IMG/VR virus record: IMGVR_UViG_3300017448_000004
Span: 1-62,155 of that record
DNA length: 62,155 bases
Source: a virus
Lineage: Duplodnaviria > Caudoviricetes
Strand: one strand, 5' to 3'
The notes below the pieces were generated by a model. The model did no database searches and was not told the DNA's origin. It saw only the letters and a program-made list of their open reading frames with translations. Positions 46,486 to 55,742 of this stretch are shown piece by piece (positions within the stretch are counted from its first letter, which is position 1; each line of letters opens with the position of its first letter). The position numbers and the translations under genes are program-made.

Positions 46486-47208
46486 CTATCGCGGATGTCT
46501 GGCGAACCAGTCTTGCGTCAGTCCGTTGTTAGTATACGGCACGTTCGTAACTGTTCGCCGAGCCGTTCCCCATTTCGCGTCATACAATCTTTTGTTGATT
46601 GAATCGTCTTTTTTAACGCGCTGAAACGAAGATGACCATTTTTCTTTGCCGTGGCCGTGTTTCACTAATGCGTCTGCGGTGACCGCCATCTTGAAACCTG
46701 CATCCGTGGACCGTCGGCAATAGTCATCGTCGTCGTACCCGTAGCCTGTGAATCGCTCGTCCAAAAGACCTATCGCGTCGATGACCGATCTGCGGATGAG
46801 CGAACAGATAAAACAAATTCGTGTACTCGTATAGCGGAGATGTTCCGTCACTCCCGATTGGTCGGCGTTCCCTACGCCGCCAATAATCCTAGGCGACAGT
46901 ATCCCGATATCGGCATGGGTAGCGAAAATCTTTTCCATCGCCTCGACAGTGTCGGGACTCACAAAACGTACGTCATCGTTCACCAACAGGACATCCCCTG
47001 ATGTTTGTTTGATTCCTAGGTTGATGTTCCTGCTGTAGATGAACGGGCCTTCTGGTCCTTGGATGGTTGTCCAATCAGAAGGATCAACGATGTCATGACC
47101 ATCGCGAACTAGCACCTTGTTTTGAGTAGGTGCAAACTTGTTAAGGCTTTCACAACAATCAACGAAGATGTCAGGAAATCGGCTGGGGACTATTATTGAG
47201 GTTGGCAC
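46486..47208 (-). CDS. GT2 glycosyltransferase
   Basis: SIIVP, NLGIK, LLVNDDV, IGLLDERF.GYG.DDDDYC.R. Confidence 0.88.
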   Translation of the reverse strand: MPTSIIVPSRFPDIFVDCCESLNKFAPTQNKVLVRDGHDIVDPSDWTTIQGPEGPFIYSRNINLGIKQTSGDVLLVNDDVRFVSPDTVEAMEKIFATHADIGILSPRIIGGVGNADQSGVTEHLRYTSTRICFICSLIRRSVIDAIGLLDERFTGYGYDDDDYCRRSTDAGFKMAVTADALVKHGHGKEKWSSSFQRVKKDDSINKRLYDAKWGTARRTVTNVPYTNNGLTQDWFARHPR

Positions 47209-47614
47209 GCATTCTCCGAGTGTTGTACTTTCGACCTACGTGAGACAACCGCATCTTCAATTTCGTTTCGGTTGAATGGTGGTTTCCTTTATTCCGAGGG
47301 CTGTTTGCACAGGCCAGCCCAATCTTTCGTTTACACTCTGCGGATTGTTTTCGTCCAGAGGAACCATCGCCTCCAGAAGTTCGATTTTGGAGGCATCCTG
47401 TTTTCAAATCTTTTCTGCCATAGTACAAAATCAAAAATACTTCGGCGGCGAATGCATCTGCTTCCGACGGAAATTCTTGGATCAGTATTCGTGATTTGTC
47501 GGCGGGACGACGGGTAATTTTGCGATTAGCGTTGACAAACGCACGGTCGTCCTTACCCTTCCCCACATAGTAGGGAGTACCGTCTTCCCGCAACCACAGA
47601 TAAGTATAGAACAT
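47171..47614 (-). CDS. GIY-YIG-like homing endonuclease with NUMOD3 repeats
   Basis: [42 protein letters not shown]. Confidence 0.85.
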   Translation of the reverse strand: MFYTYLWLREDGTPYYVGKGKDDRAFVNANRKITRRPADKSRILIQEFPSEADAFAAEVFLILYYGRKDLKTGCLQNRTSGGDGSSGRKQSAECKRKIGLACANSPRNKGNHHSTETKLKMRLSHVGRKYNTRRMRANLNNSPQPIS

Positions 47615-47624
47615 TCTTCCTCCA

Positions 47625-48095
47625 AATGAAGAATCCCGCCATCGGCTGGCACCGTGGCGGGATCGTGTTTGGCACTGAGTGCCGATGTCGGCGCAGTAGG
47701 CTTGTGGCCTAGGAGGAGGTCTGCGCCGTTTTTCAAAGCCGCGTTTCTACGCGGTCAGGGAGACTTACTAATGGCTCCCGCAAATTCTGACCATATCGGG
47801 GCGAGTCGCACTGTGGCGTCTCAGCCCCCTCTGGTTTCTCAATGTCGGGCGACTTATACGAATGCCTTCGAAGCGCCCTACAGTAGTCTTTGCCTCACGG
47901 ACGCGTGACTAATACGCCTCGCCCGTCCATTGGACTCGGGCAGAGATTAAAATATGCCGTTTTAAATTGTTTGAGTCCCTTGGTTAGACCTTGGATGCTC
48001 ATTGGTGAACGGCGAACCAAAAATAAATATTTGTCGCGATTACAAAAATACCGTAATTCTCTTTTTGAGACTACCCGGTAGGTGTCTCTTAACTA
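47625..48095 (-). ncRNA. putative structured RNA / leader of the late arm
   Basis: about 470 nt without a credible ORF, tiled with GC-rich hairpins. Confidence 0.45.
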
Positions 48096-48155
48096 TAAGA
48101 GTATAAAGGCACTTAACAGCGATTTTGCGAGGTCTTCTCCTACCCCGTTGTCCCC

Positions 48156-48380
48156 TTACTCTCTATCGTCGCCAGAACCATCCCCCGTGTGGGGCGCTGC
48201 TCGACCGGTAGAAGTCTCCACCGATCCCCGCAAACGGTCTACCTCAGTCGTTCCACCTACATAAAGCAACTTCTCAGACTTTCCCCGATTTACAGAAAGC
48301 CCGTCTTGGCTCAAAAGGCGATTCCAATATTCTTGGGAGCCATAATCCAACTCCTGTAGTTTCTTACGTTTACGAGCCAT
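48156..48380 (-). CDS. small hypothetical protein at the strand switch
   Basis: AAGGGG SD; EYWNRLLSQDGLS. Confidence 0.5.
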   Translation of the reverse strand: MARKRKKLQELDYGSQEYWNRLLSQDGLSVNRGKSEKLLYVGGTTEVDRLRGSVETSTGRAAPHTGDGSGDDRE

Positions 48381-48528
48381 GGACCCCTTTCAAAGAAGTG
48401 GAGGGAAGGGTCCGAGTTGCACGGACGAAAAGACAGGTTCACAGCCTGCTGAGACATTCTGACAGTCACCACCAACCCATTTATGACTCTATCCTATCTG
48501 TCGGTGGTTGTCAATCAAAATCCCAGGG

Positions 48529-48557
48529 TTGACAAGGTATCCAGATTCTGCTATCAT
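48529..48557 (+). promoter_or_regulatory. sigma70-type promoter
   Basis: TTGACA-N17-TATCAT with extended TG. Confidence 0.7.
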
Positions 48558-48575
48558 AATTATTAGGAGAAAGTT

Positions 48576-49037
48576 ATGAATAGTCATTGTAAACGCGGTC
48601 ATCCCCGTACACCAGAAAACATACACTTGAATGGGCAGTGTAAATCTTGTACAAAAATTAGAAACGACAGTCCCGAAATGAAAGCATATGTGAGGAAGTA
48701 CTGCGCGAGCGACAGAGGAAAAGCTGCCCGCTCTGCCGCGAGTAGAAAATTCAAATACAAGTTTACTCCCGAAGATGAGCAGAAGTTTCAAACGATCCAA
48801 AACTGTGAGTTTTGCGGACTACCTTTCGACGGCGAAACACCACATGTGGACCACGACCATAACTGTTGTTCGGGTGTATCATCTTGCAGTCGATGCCGTA
48901 GAGGTTTTGTACATCGACTGTGTAATCAACATTGGATTCTTGCGCTTGAATGGTATCGGGAGAGAACAGGTGAAATTGATTCTAGGTTAGCCGCGTACAT
49001 CCTAAAATTCCCGCTTGACAAAGTAACCACACTATAG
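48576..49037 (+). CDS. endonuclease VII-family nuclease
   Basis: SHCKRGH; CEFCG...HVDHDHNCC...C..CRRGFVH..CN. Confidence 0.85.
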   Translation: MNSHCKRGHPRTPENIHLNGQCKSCTKIRNDSPEMKAYVRKYCASDRGKAARSAASRKFKYKFTPEDEQKFQTIQNCEFCGLPFDGETPHVDHDHNCCSGVSSCSRCRRGFVHRLCNQHWILALEWYRERTGEIDSRLAAYILKFPLDKVTTL

Positions 49038-49043
49038 TAATCT
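49015..49043 (+). promoter_or_regulatory. sigma70-type promoter
   Basis: TTGACA-N17-TAATCT. Confidence 0.6.
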
Positions 49044-49062
49044 AAAAGATGAGGACAGAACA

Positions 49063-49506
49063 ATGCGTTCCTCATTCCTGAAAGGACGAGATATGATAAT
49101 TGAAGAAAAAATATACGAGTTGCCTAGCGAGGACCAACATCGGTTGGAAGTTGTCGAAATCGGAGAACTGAAGAAGTACGAAACTTCGTACGGCGTCAAA
49201 GAGAAGTTCACCATCAAGATCAAGGTATCGGATGAGAAGTCGAGCAAGGGAGAAGACTTGCATGTATTCCTCACCGTGTCACCCAGCATCGGGGTCAAGG
49301 CCACCCTTGGCAAATTTGCCCGCCGTCTGAAGTTGAACGTCCAGGGGAAGTTCGACGTAGAGGAGTTGGTCGGAATCAAGTTCCGCGCTTCCATCGCTCA
49401 TAACGCTGGAACTGGACAGTCTGAAGGCAAGACGTTTGCCAATCTGGTCATTGACACCGTCGCGCCTTTGACCGCTCCCAAACCACAACCCGTCGAAGAG
49501 TTCTAG
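49063..49506 (+). CDS. putative single-stranded DNA-binding (OB-fold) protein
   Basis: FDVEELVG..F...I.H...GKTFAN pattern, acidic/aromatic C-terminus (EEF), upstream of primase-helicase. Confidence 0.6.
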   Translation: MRSSFLKGRDMIIEEKIYELPSEDQHRLEVVEIGELKKYETSYGVKEKFTIKIKVSDEKSSKGEDLHVFLTVSPSIGVKATLGKFARRLKLNVQGKFDVEELVGIKFRASIAHNAGTGQSEGKTFANLVIDTVAPLTAPKPQPVEEF

Positions 49507-49687
49507 TAACCAGTCAGTAACAAAAAGGTCCTTAGAGGGGGTATGCAAGTAGTAAATACCCCACCAGGCACCCACAGAACCCCTCCATCCCGTCCTTATA
49601 AATCAATAAGTGCCAATTGGCCGCAAGAACGGGATGAGGGGGTATATTCTAGTATTTATTATCTGTAGAAAAATACGAAAGGTGAAA

Positions 49688-51838
49688 ATGACTCTAACAG
49701 AAGAAATCAGAAAAGGCGTCGAAGCTCTCTTCCCTGAGGGCTCCCTTATCGAACTCCGAATCCCGAAGTCGTCAGTAGGAACCATAATTGGATTCTTCCG
49801 TGATAGGGAGAAGTTGATACCGGCGATTGAGGAATACTCTGGTAAGGTTCCCGCCGTATACTATACGCTCAACGCCCCTCCCCCTGAATTGTATGACAAC
49901 GCCCAACTGAAAAACGCGGCTGTAGCGGGGGTACATGGTTGTAAGGACGACGAAGTCATGGTCCGCAACTGGCTTCTGATCGACTGTGATCCTGTACGGG
50001 TAGACTCTGATGGCAAGCCGTTAACTGACCAGAAGGTTTCATCTACAGACGCCGAGAAGGAATCATCTCTTGCGATTGCACAGAAAATCAAAGCGTATCT
50101 CCAGGAAAAGGGATGGCCTCCCCCTGTGACCGCTGATAGTGGGAACGGATATCACCTGCTTTACAATCTCGGAGGTATGCCTTCGACGAAGGAACTGACA
50201 GAGACGGTTCATAAGGCGCTCGAACACCTTGCCCAGAAGTTTAATACAGACATGGTGGGGGTGGATGTCGTAGTCTCCAACCCGTCGCGTATTACGAAGG
50301 CATATGGCTCATTTACAATGAAGGGCACTGCTACGATTGATCGTCCGCACCGTTTCTCCCGTGTCTGCACTGTGGGTGGCCAGGACGCTGTAACGATTAT
50401 GCAGTTGGCCGCGTTAAAGCCGACGCAGGTTGTAGCAAAGAAATCATCCATCGTCATCAAGGCGAAGGCCGCTGAGAAGTATGCTACGACAGATGGCCCC
50501 GAGAAGATGGAAGAATTTCTCGAATGGTATGACATCGCCCACAAGGTAATGGTTCGAGAGAAGAACGGATACAAATGGCAGATCATCCCGTGTCCGTTTA
50601 ACGCAGAGCACAATCTGGGAGAAGTCGCAGTCTTTGTCAATGATGATGGTGGGTACGGATTCAAGTGTTTTCATAATTCTTGCGCTGATAATCACTGGCA
50701 GGAATTCAAGAACCATCTCGAATCTATCTCGGGCAAGAAATTTTTCTGGCAAACGAATGTCGCAACTGCGGCGGCTCCAGATGCGAAGCCCTCTACGAAG
50801 ATAAACGTAAAGAGGGCCAGCAACATCGCGCCCGAGATTTTGAGTTGGCTGTGGCCCAACCGAATCCCGTTTGGCAAATTGACTCTGTTCGCTGGTCACC
50901 CAGGCGTCGGCAAGGGCATGGCAACAATGTACATCGCTGCATGCGCGACTAAGGGTACCGGATGGCATGACTGTACGAATATAAACGCTCCGTCCGAAGT
51001 CATCATCGTGTCTTCAGAAGACGCGGCGGGAGACACCCTCGTTCCCCGTCTCATGGCGGCGGGCGCGGATATGGACAAGGTGATGATCGTATCTGATGTC
51101 ACTACTGACAAGGGAGACAAAGATTTTTCACTACAGACGGATATTCCCGCGCTGCGAGAATTGTTGGAATCAAACCCAGACGTAAAAGTTGTAATCATCG
51201 ACCCGATCATGAACCACATGGGTGGACTGAAAGCGAACTCAGAGCAGGAAGTCCGAGCAGGATTGTCACCGCTTGCAAAACTCGCAGAAAAACACAGTAT
51301 CGCAATCGTACTCGTGACCCATTTTAACAAGAACACGAACTCCGACAGTATCCAGCGCGTCGGTGGCGCGATGGGTATGGTAGGTTCTGTCCGAGTAGCC
51401 TGGACATTCGGGGAAGACAAAGAAGACGGCAAGATGAAGATGTTGCCACTTAAGGCGAATATCGCTCCGAACACGGGTGGGCTGGAGTATCAGATTATGC
51501 CACACGAAGTTTTTATCAACGGGCAGTATGCTTCGGAAGGCCGCATTGTATGGGGCGCAAAGACATGCTCGTCTGTAGATGCCGCGATCAAGTTCAAAGC
51601 TAAAGATGAAAATCCACCGCTGTACCAACTGGCGATGACCTGGCTAACGGAACATCTGTCTGATGGTCAGCCCCACTCTGTCGCAGAGATTATGGTCTCT
51701 GCGGAGTATGCGGGGTTCAAAGAAGACACGCTGGAGATGGCGGTAAAGAAAATAGGCATCGTAAAGAAGACGCATCCCGAGATTCCCGGGCCTTGGTATT
51801 GGCAGATTCCGAAACTGGAGAAAGTTGAAACGGAATGA
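49688..51838 (+). CDS. primase-helicase (AEP-like primase, zinc finger, RepA/AAA_25 helicase)
   Basis: LIDCD, DSGNGYHL, CPF..EH..KCFHNSC, AGHPGVGKG, VIIDP, VTHFNK. Confidence 0.88.
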   Translation: MTLTEEIRKGVEALFPEGSLIELRIPKSSVGTIIGFFRDREKLIPAIEEYSGKVPAVYYTLNAPPPELYDNAQLKNAAVAGVHGCKDDEVMVRNWLLIDCDPVRVDSDGKPLTDQKVSSTDAEKESSLAIAQKIKAYLQEKGWPPPVTADSGNGYHLLYNLGGMPSTKELTETVHKALEHLAQKFNTDMVGVDVVVSNPSRITKAYGSFTMKGTATIDRPHRFSRVCTVGGQDAVTIMQLAALKPTQVVAKKSSIVIKAKAAEKYATTDGPEKMEEFLEWYDIAHKVMVREKNGYKWQIIPCPFNAEHNLGEVAVFVNDDGGYGFKCFHNSCADNHWQEFKNHLESISGKKFFWQTNVATAAAPDAKPSTKINVKRASNIAPEILSWLWPNRIPFGKLTLFAGHPGVGKGMATMYIAACATKGTGWHDCTNINAPSEVIIVSSEDAAGDTLVPRLMAAGADMDKVMIVSDVTTDKGDKDFSLQTDIPALRELLESNPDVKVVIIDPIMNHMGGLKANSEQEVRAGLSPLAKLAEKHSIAIVLVTHFNKNTNSDSIQRVGGAMGMVGSVRVAWTFGEDKEDGKMKMLPLKANIAPNTGGLEYQIMPHEVFINGQYASEGRIVWGAKTCSSVDAAIKFKAKDENPPLYQLAMTWLTEHLSDGQPHSVAEIMVSAEYAGFKEDTLEMAVKKIGIVKKTHPEIPGPWYWQIPKLEKVETE

Positions 51839-52362
51839 AAAACGAATTAGGAAAACGTTACGGGCGGCTGGTTGTCAAAACTATTACCCCTAAACGAAAA
51901 TTCGGACAGATCATTTGGAAATGCGTCTGCGATTGCGGAAATAAAAAATCCGTTCTTAGTTCCTATCTTCGTTTCGGGGTTACCCGTAGTTGCGGATGTT
52001 TGCGGAACGAGGATAAACGTTTGGAACTCGGGGAATCATCGCGTCGTCTCCTATTTCGTTCATATAAAAATTCTGCGCGTAAACGTGGCCATTCGTGGGG
52101 ATTATCTAAACGGGAATTCTTTAGGTTGGTTGCGAAGAACTGTCATTACTGCGGGGCTATCCCTAGGCAGATTTATCGACCTAATAGACAATCATTTGGT
52201 TCGTTCACTTATAATGGAATCGACAGGGTAGAGAACCTTCGAGGATATTGTAGCGGAAATGTGGTAACGTGTTGCACCACATGCAACGTCGCAAAAGGAA
52301 TCATGCGAGGCTCTGATTTTCTCGCATGGGTACGGAGGGTCTATGAAACGTCTGTGGCTTGA
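51835..52362 (+). CDS. HNH homing endonuclease
   Basis: GKRYGRL.V..WKC.CDCG..SCGC; CHYCG..NGIDRV...GY...NVVTCC..CN; paralogue of 28962..29549. Confidence 0.85.
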   Translation: MKNELGKRYGRLVVKTITPKRKFGQIIWKCVCDCGNKKSVLSSYLRFGVTRSCGCLRNEDKRLELGESSRRLLFRSYKNSARKRGHSWGLSKREFFRLVAKNCHYCGAIPRQIYRPNRQSFGSFTYNGIDRVENLRGYCSGNVVTCCTTCNVAKGIMRGSDFLAWVRRVYETSVA

Positions 52363-54325
52363 TTTTGAGAGTCGGTCCCTCGTAAATTTAAAAGCAGTTG
52401 GTCTGGATAATTACGCGCACGACCCTAGCACGGAAGTTCTGATGCTCGCATGGGCTGTAGATTTGGGCGAAGTATCTCTGTGGCAACCGCATCTAGGACC
52501 GATGCCTGCGGAGTTGCGTGCGATGTTATTGGACCCGACTGTCCAGCTTTGTGCTTGGAACTACCGTTTTGAACAGTCTATATTTGAGCACGTACTTCAC
52601 ATGTCAACATTGCAATTCCGCTGGTACGACCCATCGATACTTTGTGCTTATATGAGTCTGCCGACTGGCTTGGCACGAGCGGGCGATGCGCTGTCGATCC
52701 AGGGTAAGAAGATTATCATGGGAGATGACGCAGGAGTAAAACTATTCTCCATTCCGAAGAAGGCTACGAAGAAAATGCTTGCGGCGGGGAAACCTGCGCT
52801 TTACTTCAAGGATTGGGACTCTAATCCCGAGCAGTGGGCTGCATTCTGTGGTTATTGTAAGCAAGACGTGATTGCTGAGAGAGAAGTTCACTATGCGGCG
52901 GTCGCAATCAATTCGCCTATGACCCCGGGTGAGTACGAGGCATGGCAGCTAGATCAACGCATGAATCAGACAGGCGTGTGTGTTGATCTAGACTTTGTAA
53001 ACAAAGCCCATAAACTGGCGAAAGATGAATCCGACCAATTGCTCGTACAGATGAAGAATATTACAGGCTGCGAGAATCCAAATAGCGGGACTCAATTGAA
53101 AGAGTGGTTGAAACCACGCCAGTATCCATTTGAATCTCTAGATGTCGAACATATTGAAGAAGCGTTGAAACTAGACTTCCTTTTACCTGAAGTACGAGAA
53201 CTGCTCGAACTGAAACAGAAACTAGGTGGCTCTGCGTATAAAAAGTTCCAGAGCATTCTTGACCGCATCAGCAATGACGGTAGGTTGAGAGACCAGTTCG
53301 TATATCATGGGGCGCACACGGGGCGGTGGTCTGGGCGTGGTGTACAGCTACAAAATCTTTACAAGCCAGACAAAGCTGCGTCGTTAGTCGCAGAAGCAAT
53401 CATCGCCGCGATTCGCGCAGAGACGCTCGTGTCGGGCATGTTCCCCAACTTAGATGTAATGACGTGCATCGCGTCAACGATTAGGACTTCGTTCTGTGCA
53501 GCACCCGGCAATAAACTTGTCGCAGGTGACCTCGCGCAAATCGAATCACGCGTGTTAGCAGCACTCGCGGACTGCCAGACGATGATCGACGCTTATGTGA
53601 GCGGGTTAGACCTTTACAAAGATTTCATGTCTGATATTTTAGAGAAGCCAATAGATCAGATTGACAGTGACGAGCGAGCGCACGGTAAGATCGTAATTCT
53701 TGGCAGTGGCTTTGGAATGGGCGTAGACAAGTTCATTGATTATGCAGCGACGTTTGGGATCACACTTTCGATGGAAGATTCCCAGAAATATATTTATGGC
53801 TTCCGCGATAAGTACAAAGAAATTCCGCTATACTGGAAGGCGCTAGAGAACGCAGTAAAAGAAGCAGTTCGGTATCACAAATGCATTTATGTCAAGGGTG
53901 TTGTCGTAGACGGTCGTAACCCAAGAGTACTCAAAATCAAGTTACCTTCGGGCAGGTACATCCATTACTTCAATGCTCGATTGGTGAAGAAACAGAAGTT
54001 TGGCAAGCTGATGGAATGCGTCTGCTATACCGCTTATGACTCGAAGGGCGCTCAAGAGAAAGACCTTTACGGTGGGCTGATCTGTGAGAATATCGTTCAA
54101 GCTGTGGCTCGCGATTTGATGCTGGAAGGGATGCTGGAAGCTGAACGGAAAGGAGCAACCATCGTTGCAACAGTTCACGATGAAATTGTTTGTGAAGTTC
54201 CTGTTGACAGCACGTTTGATCTTAAGGTACTATTGAAGTGTATGATAACAATTCCTGAGTGGGCAATGGGAATGGGGTTTGTGTTGGCGGCAGAAGGTTA
54301 CCAAAGTTCGCATTACAAGAAGTGA
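52343..54325 (+). CDS. DNA polymerase, family A (phage type)
   Basis: exo I LDFESRS, YCKQDV, HGAHTGRWSG..VQLQNL, DLAQIESR, R..GK...LG.GFGMG, ENIVQAVARD, VHDEIV. Confidence 0.95.
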   Translation: MKRLWLDFESRSLVNLKAVGLDNYAHDPSTEVLMLAWAVDLGEVSLWQPHLGPMPAELRAMLLDPTVQLCAWNYRFEQSIFEHVLHMSTLQFRWYDPSILCAYMSLPTGLARAGDALSIQGKKIIMGDDAGVKLFSIPKKATKKMLAAGKPALYFKDWDSNPEQWAAFCGYCKQDVIAEREVHYAAVAINSPMTPGEYEAWQLDQRMNQTGVCVDLDFVNKAHKLAKDESDQLLVQMKNITGCENPNSGTQLKEWLKPRQYPFESLDVEHIEEALKLDFLLPEVRELLELKQKLGGSAYKKFQSILDRISNDGRLRDQFVYHGAHTGRWSGRGVQLQNLYKPDKAASLVAEAIIAAIRAETLVSGMFPNLDVMTCIASTIRTSFCAAPGNKLVAGDLAQIESRVLAALADCQTMIDAYVSGLDLYKDFMSDILEKPIDQIDSDERAHGKIVILGSGFGMGVDKFIDYAATFGITLSMEDSQKYIYGFRDKYKEIPLYWKALENAVKEAVRYHKCIYVKGVVVDGRNPRVLKIKLPSGRYIHYFNARLVKKQKFGKLMECVCYTAYDSKGAQEKDLYGGLICENIVQAVARDLMLEGMLEAERKGATIVATVHDEIVCEVPVDSTFDLKVLLKCMITIPEWAMGMGFVLAAEGYQSSHYKK

Positions 54326-54331
54326 GGGCGA

Positions 54332-54565
54332 ATGAAATCCGAACAAGTGGAGAAGGTTTACAAAGCTGGATGGCATGCTTGTATAGCAATGGCGGGCCTG
54401 TACGAATACAAGACCCACAAATCGTTGATTTCAAAGATTCTGGCAGTCGGCCTAATAATTTTCCATACTGACGCAGCAATCTGTGACTGGCGGGGCATCC
54501 CTACCACGCCGCAAAGATTTATAAAAGAATGCTTGACAAGCGGGCGTAAGCCTGCTAATCTGTGA
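54332..54565 (+). CDS. hypothetical protein
   Basis: ORF with GAGGG SD. Confidence 0.45.
   Translation: MKSEQVEKVYKAGWHACIAMAGLYEYKTHKSLISKILAVGLIIFHTDAAICDWRGIPTTPQRFIKECLTSGRKPANL
54533..54561 (+). promoter_or_regulatory. sigma70-type promoter for the RNA cluster
   Basis: TTGACA-N17-TAATCT with extended TG; predicted +1 coincides with the start of a 19-bp stem. Confidence 0.75.
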
Positions 54566-54567
54566 AT

Positions 54568-54717
54568 GTGTAATCAGAGCGATGCAACAAGTAGGCGGGC
54601 GTAAAGCCCGTGAGTCATGGATGACGGTGATGTCGTTCAACCGACGGTTCACCACGGTAAGCCACACCAAATAAGGGGCGTCTCGCTTGACTGGCTCGTG
54701 CATCGCTCTGATTACGC
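54568..54717 (+). ncRNA. 150-nt rod-shaped RNA, 6S-like
   Basis: terminal stem GTAATCAGAGCGATGCA/TGCATCGCTCTGATTAC, internal helices, central unpaired region, apical hairpin. Confidence 0.6.
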
Positions 54718-54734
54718 CGTAACATAGGAGGAAC

Positions 54735-55031
54735 ATGACACTGTTTACCGTTCTACTCGCGGCAATCACTCGCAAGGTGCGAGCCGTGATCGCAGAGTAC
54801 CAAATACTTGTCGCGGAAGTGCGGGCCACTGAATCAAAGCTTGTCCAGTCGGCCCAGATCGAAGCGGCGAAAATTCTGGCAGAGGCCAAGGCTGACGAAG
54901 CGCATCTGTTGGATTTGGCGCGTAGCATCGTAGTAAAGGCAAGGGCAGAAGAGAAGGCTGTTATCCAGGCCGTCGAAACCCAGACCAAGAACCTTTACGA
55001 AGACGTGATTAACAAGATCGCAAAGTTGTAA
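54735..55031 (+). CDS. helical Ala/Glu/Lys-rich protein
   Basis: AGGAGG SD. Confidence 0.55.
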   Translation: MTLFTVLLAAITRKVRAVIAEYQILVAEVRATESKLVQSAQIEAAKILAEAKADEAHLLDLARSIVVKARAEEKAVIQAVETQTKNLYEDVINKIAKL

Positions 55032-55110
55032 TTGGGGAGACGTGCACGCTGTCGGTTATTGCATACGTACATGCAATTGGTGGAGGGCGTGAAGCTGCGC
55101 CCCTAATTTT

Positions 55111-55551
55111 ATGGAAGACATGGACAAAGTCCGAAAACGACAACGTGAATGGGTCGCAAAGCGTAGGCAGGAGTGGTTTGCTTCAAATGGGCCTTGTAAA
55201 AGTTGTGGGGCCGTTGAAAATTTGGAACTCCATCACGTTGATCGTTCGACGAAAGAAGAACACAGAATTTTCTCTTGGGCGGTAGGCCGTAGAGATGCGG
55301 AACTGGCTAAATGCATCGTACTGTGCCACGATTGCCATGTGATAGAGACGGCGGGACAAATAAAGGAATTTCGTCCCGTCAATCACATACATGGCCGACA
55401 AACAGAATATCGTCGTGGTTGTCGTTGCGAACTTTGTAAAACCGCAAAGCATAAAGCCATAAAAGATGAACGTATGAAGAAACAAGCAGCGGTTGTGGAC
55501 GGCGGTTCGAATCCGCCCATCTCCACTGAGAGCACGGTATGCGTGCTTTGA
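55111..55551 (+). CDS. HNH endonuclease overlapping the tmRNA acceptor piece
   Basis: CKSCG..NLELHH.D...K...ELAKCIVLCHDCH; HG....Y..GCRC..CK. Confidence 0.8.
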   Translation: MEDMDKVRKRQREWVAKRRQEWFASNGPCKSCGAVENLELHHVDRSTKEEHRIFSWAVGRRDAELAKCIVLCHDCHVIETAGQIKEFRPVNHIHGRQTEYRRGCRCELCKTAKHKAIKDERMKKQAAVVDGGSNPPISTESTVCVL

Positions 55552-55728
55552 GTGGGGATGAAAGGCATTCGACATGGCTGATTTGTTTGTTTTGGACGTT
55601 CCGTGCTGACGTGGCACACGTACTCTAGACACGTAACTATCAAATGCTACCAAGCCTTTGACTTTTGCAGCCGCCGCAGGGCGCTAACTGCTAACGGGTC
55701 TGACCCACCTAGGAACAGAACGGGTCTT
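55478..55728 (+). ncRNA. ssrA: circularly permuted two-piece tmRNA
   Basis: acceptor piece T-arm GGCGGTTCGAATCCGCC-CATCTCCA (to 55525), intervening hairpin, coding piece GGGGATGAAAGGCATTCGAC from 55554, G3.U70 pair, tag frame 55646-55687. Confidence 0.88.
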
Positions 55729-55742
55729 CCTTTGGAGGAACT

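Noticed and set aside
195-47908. Numerous plus-strand ORFs of 60-170 aa opposite the late genes
   Set aside because: Antisense shadows of well-supported minus-strand genes, with no recognisable motifs.
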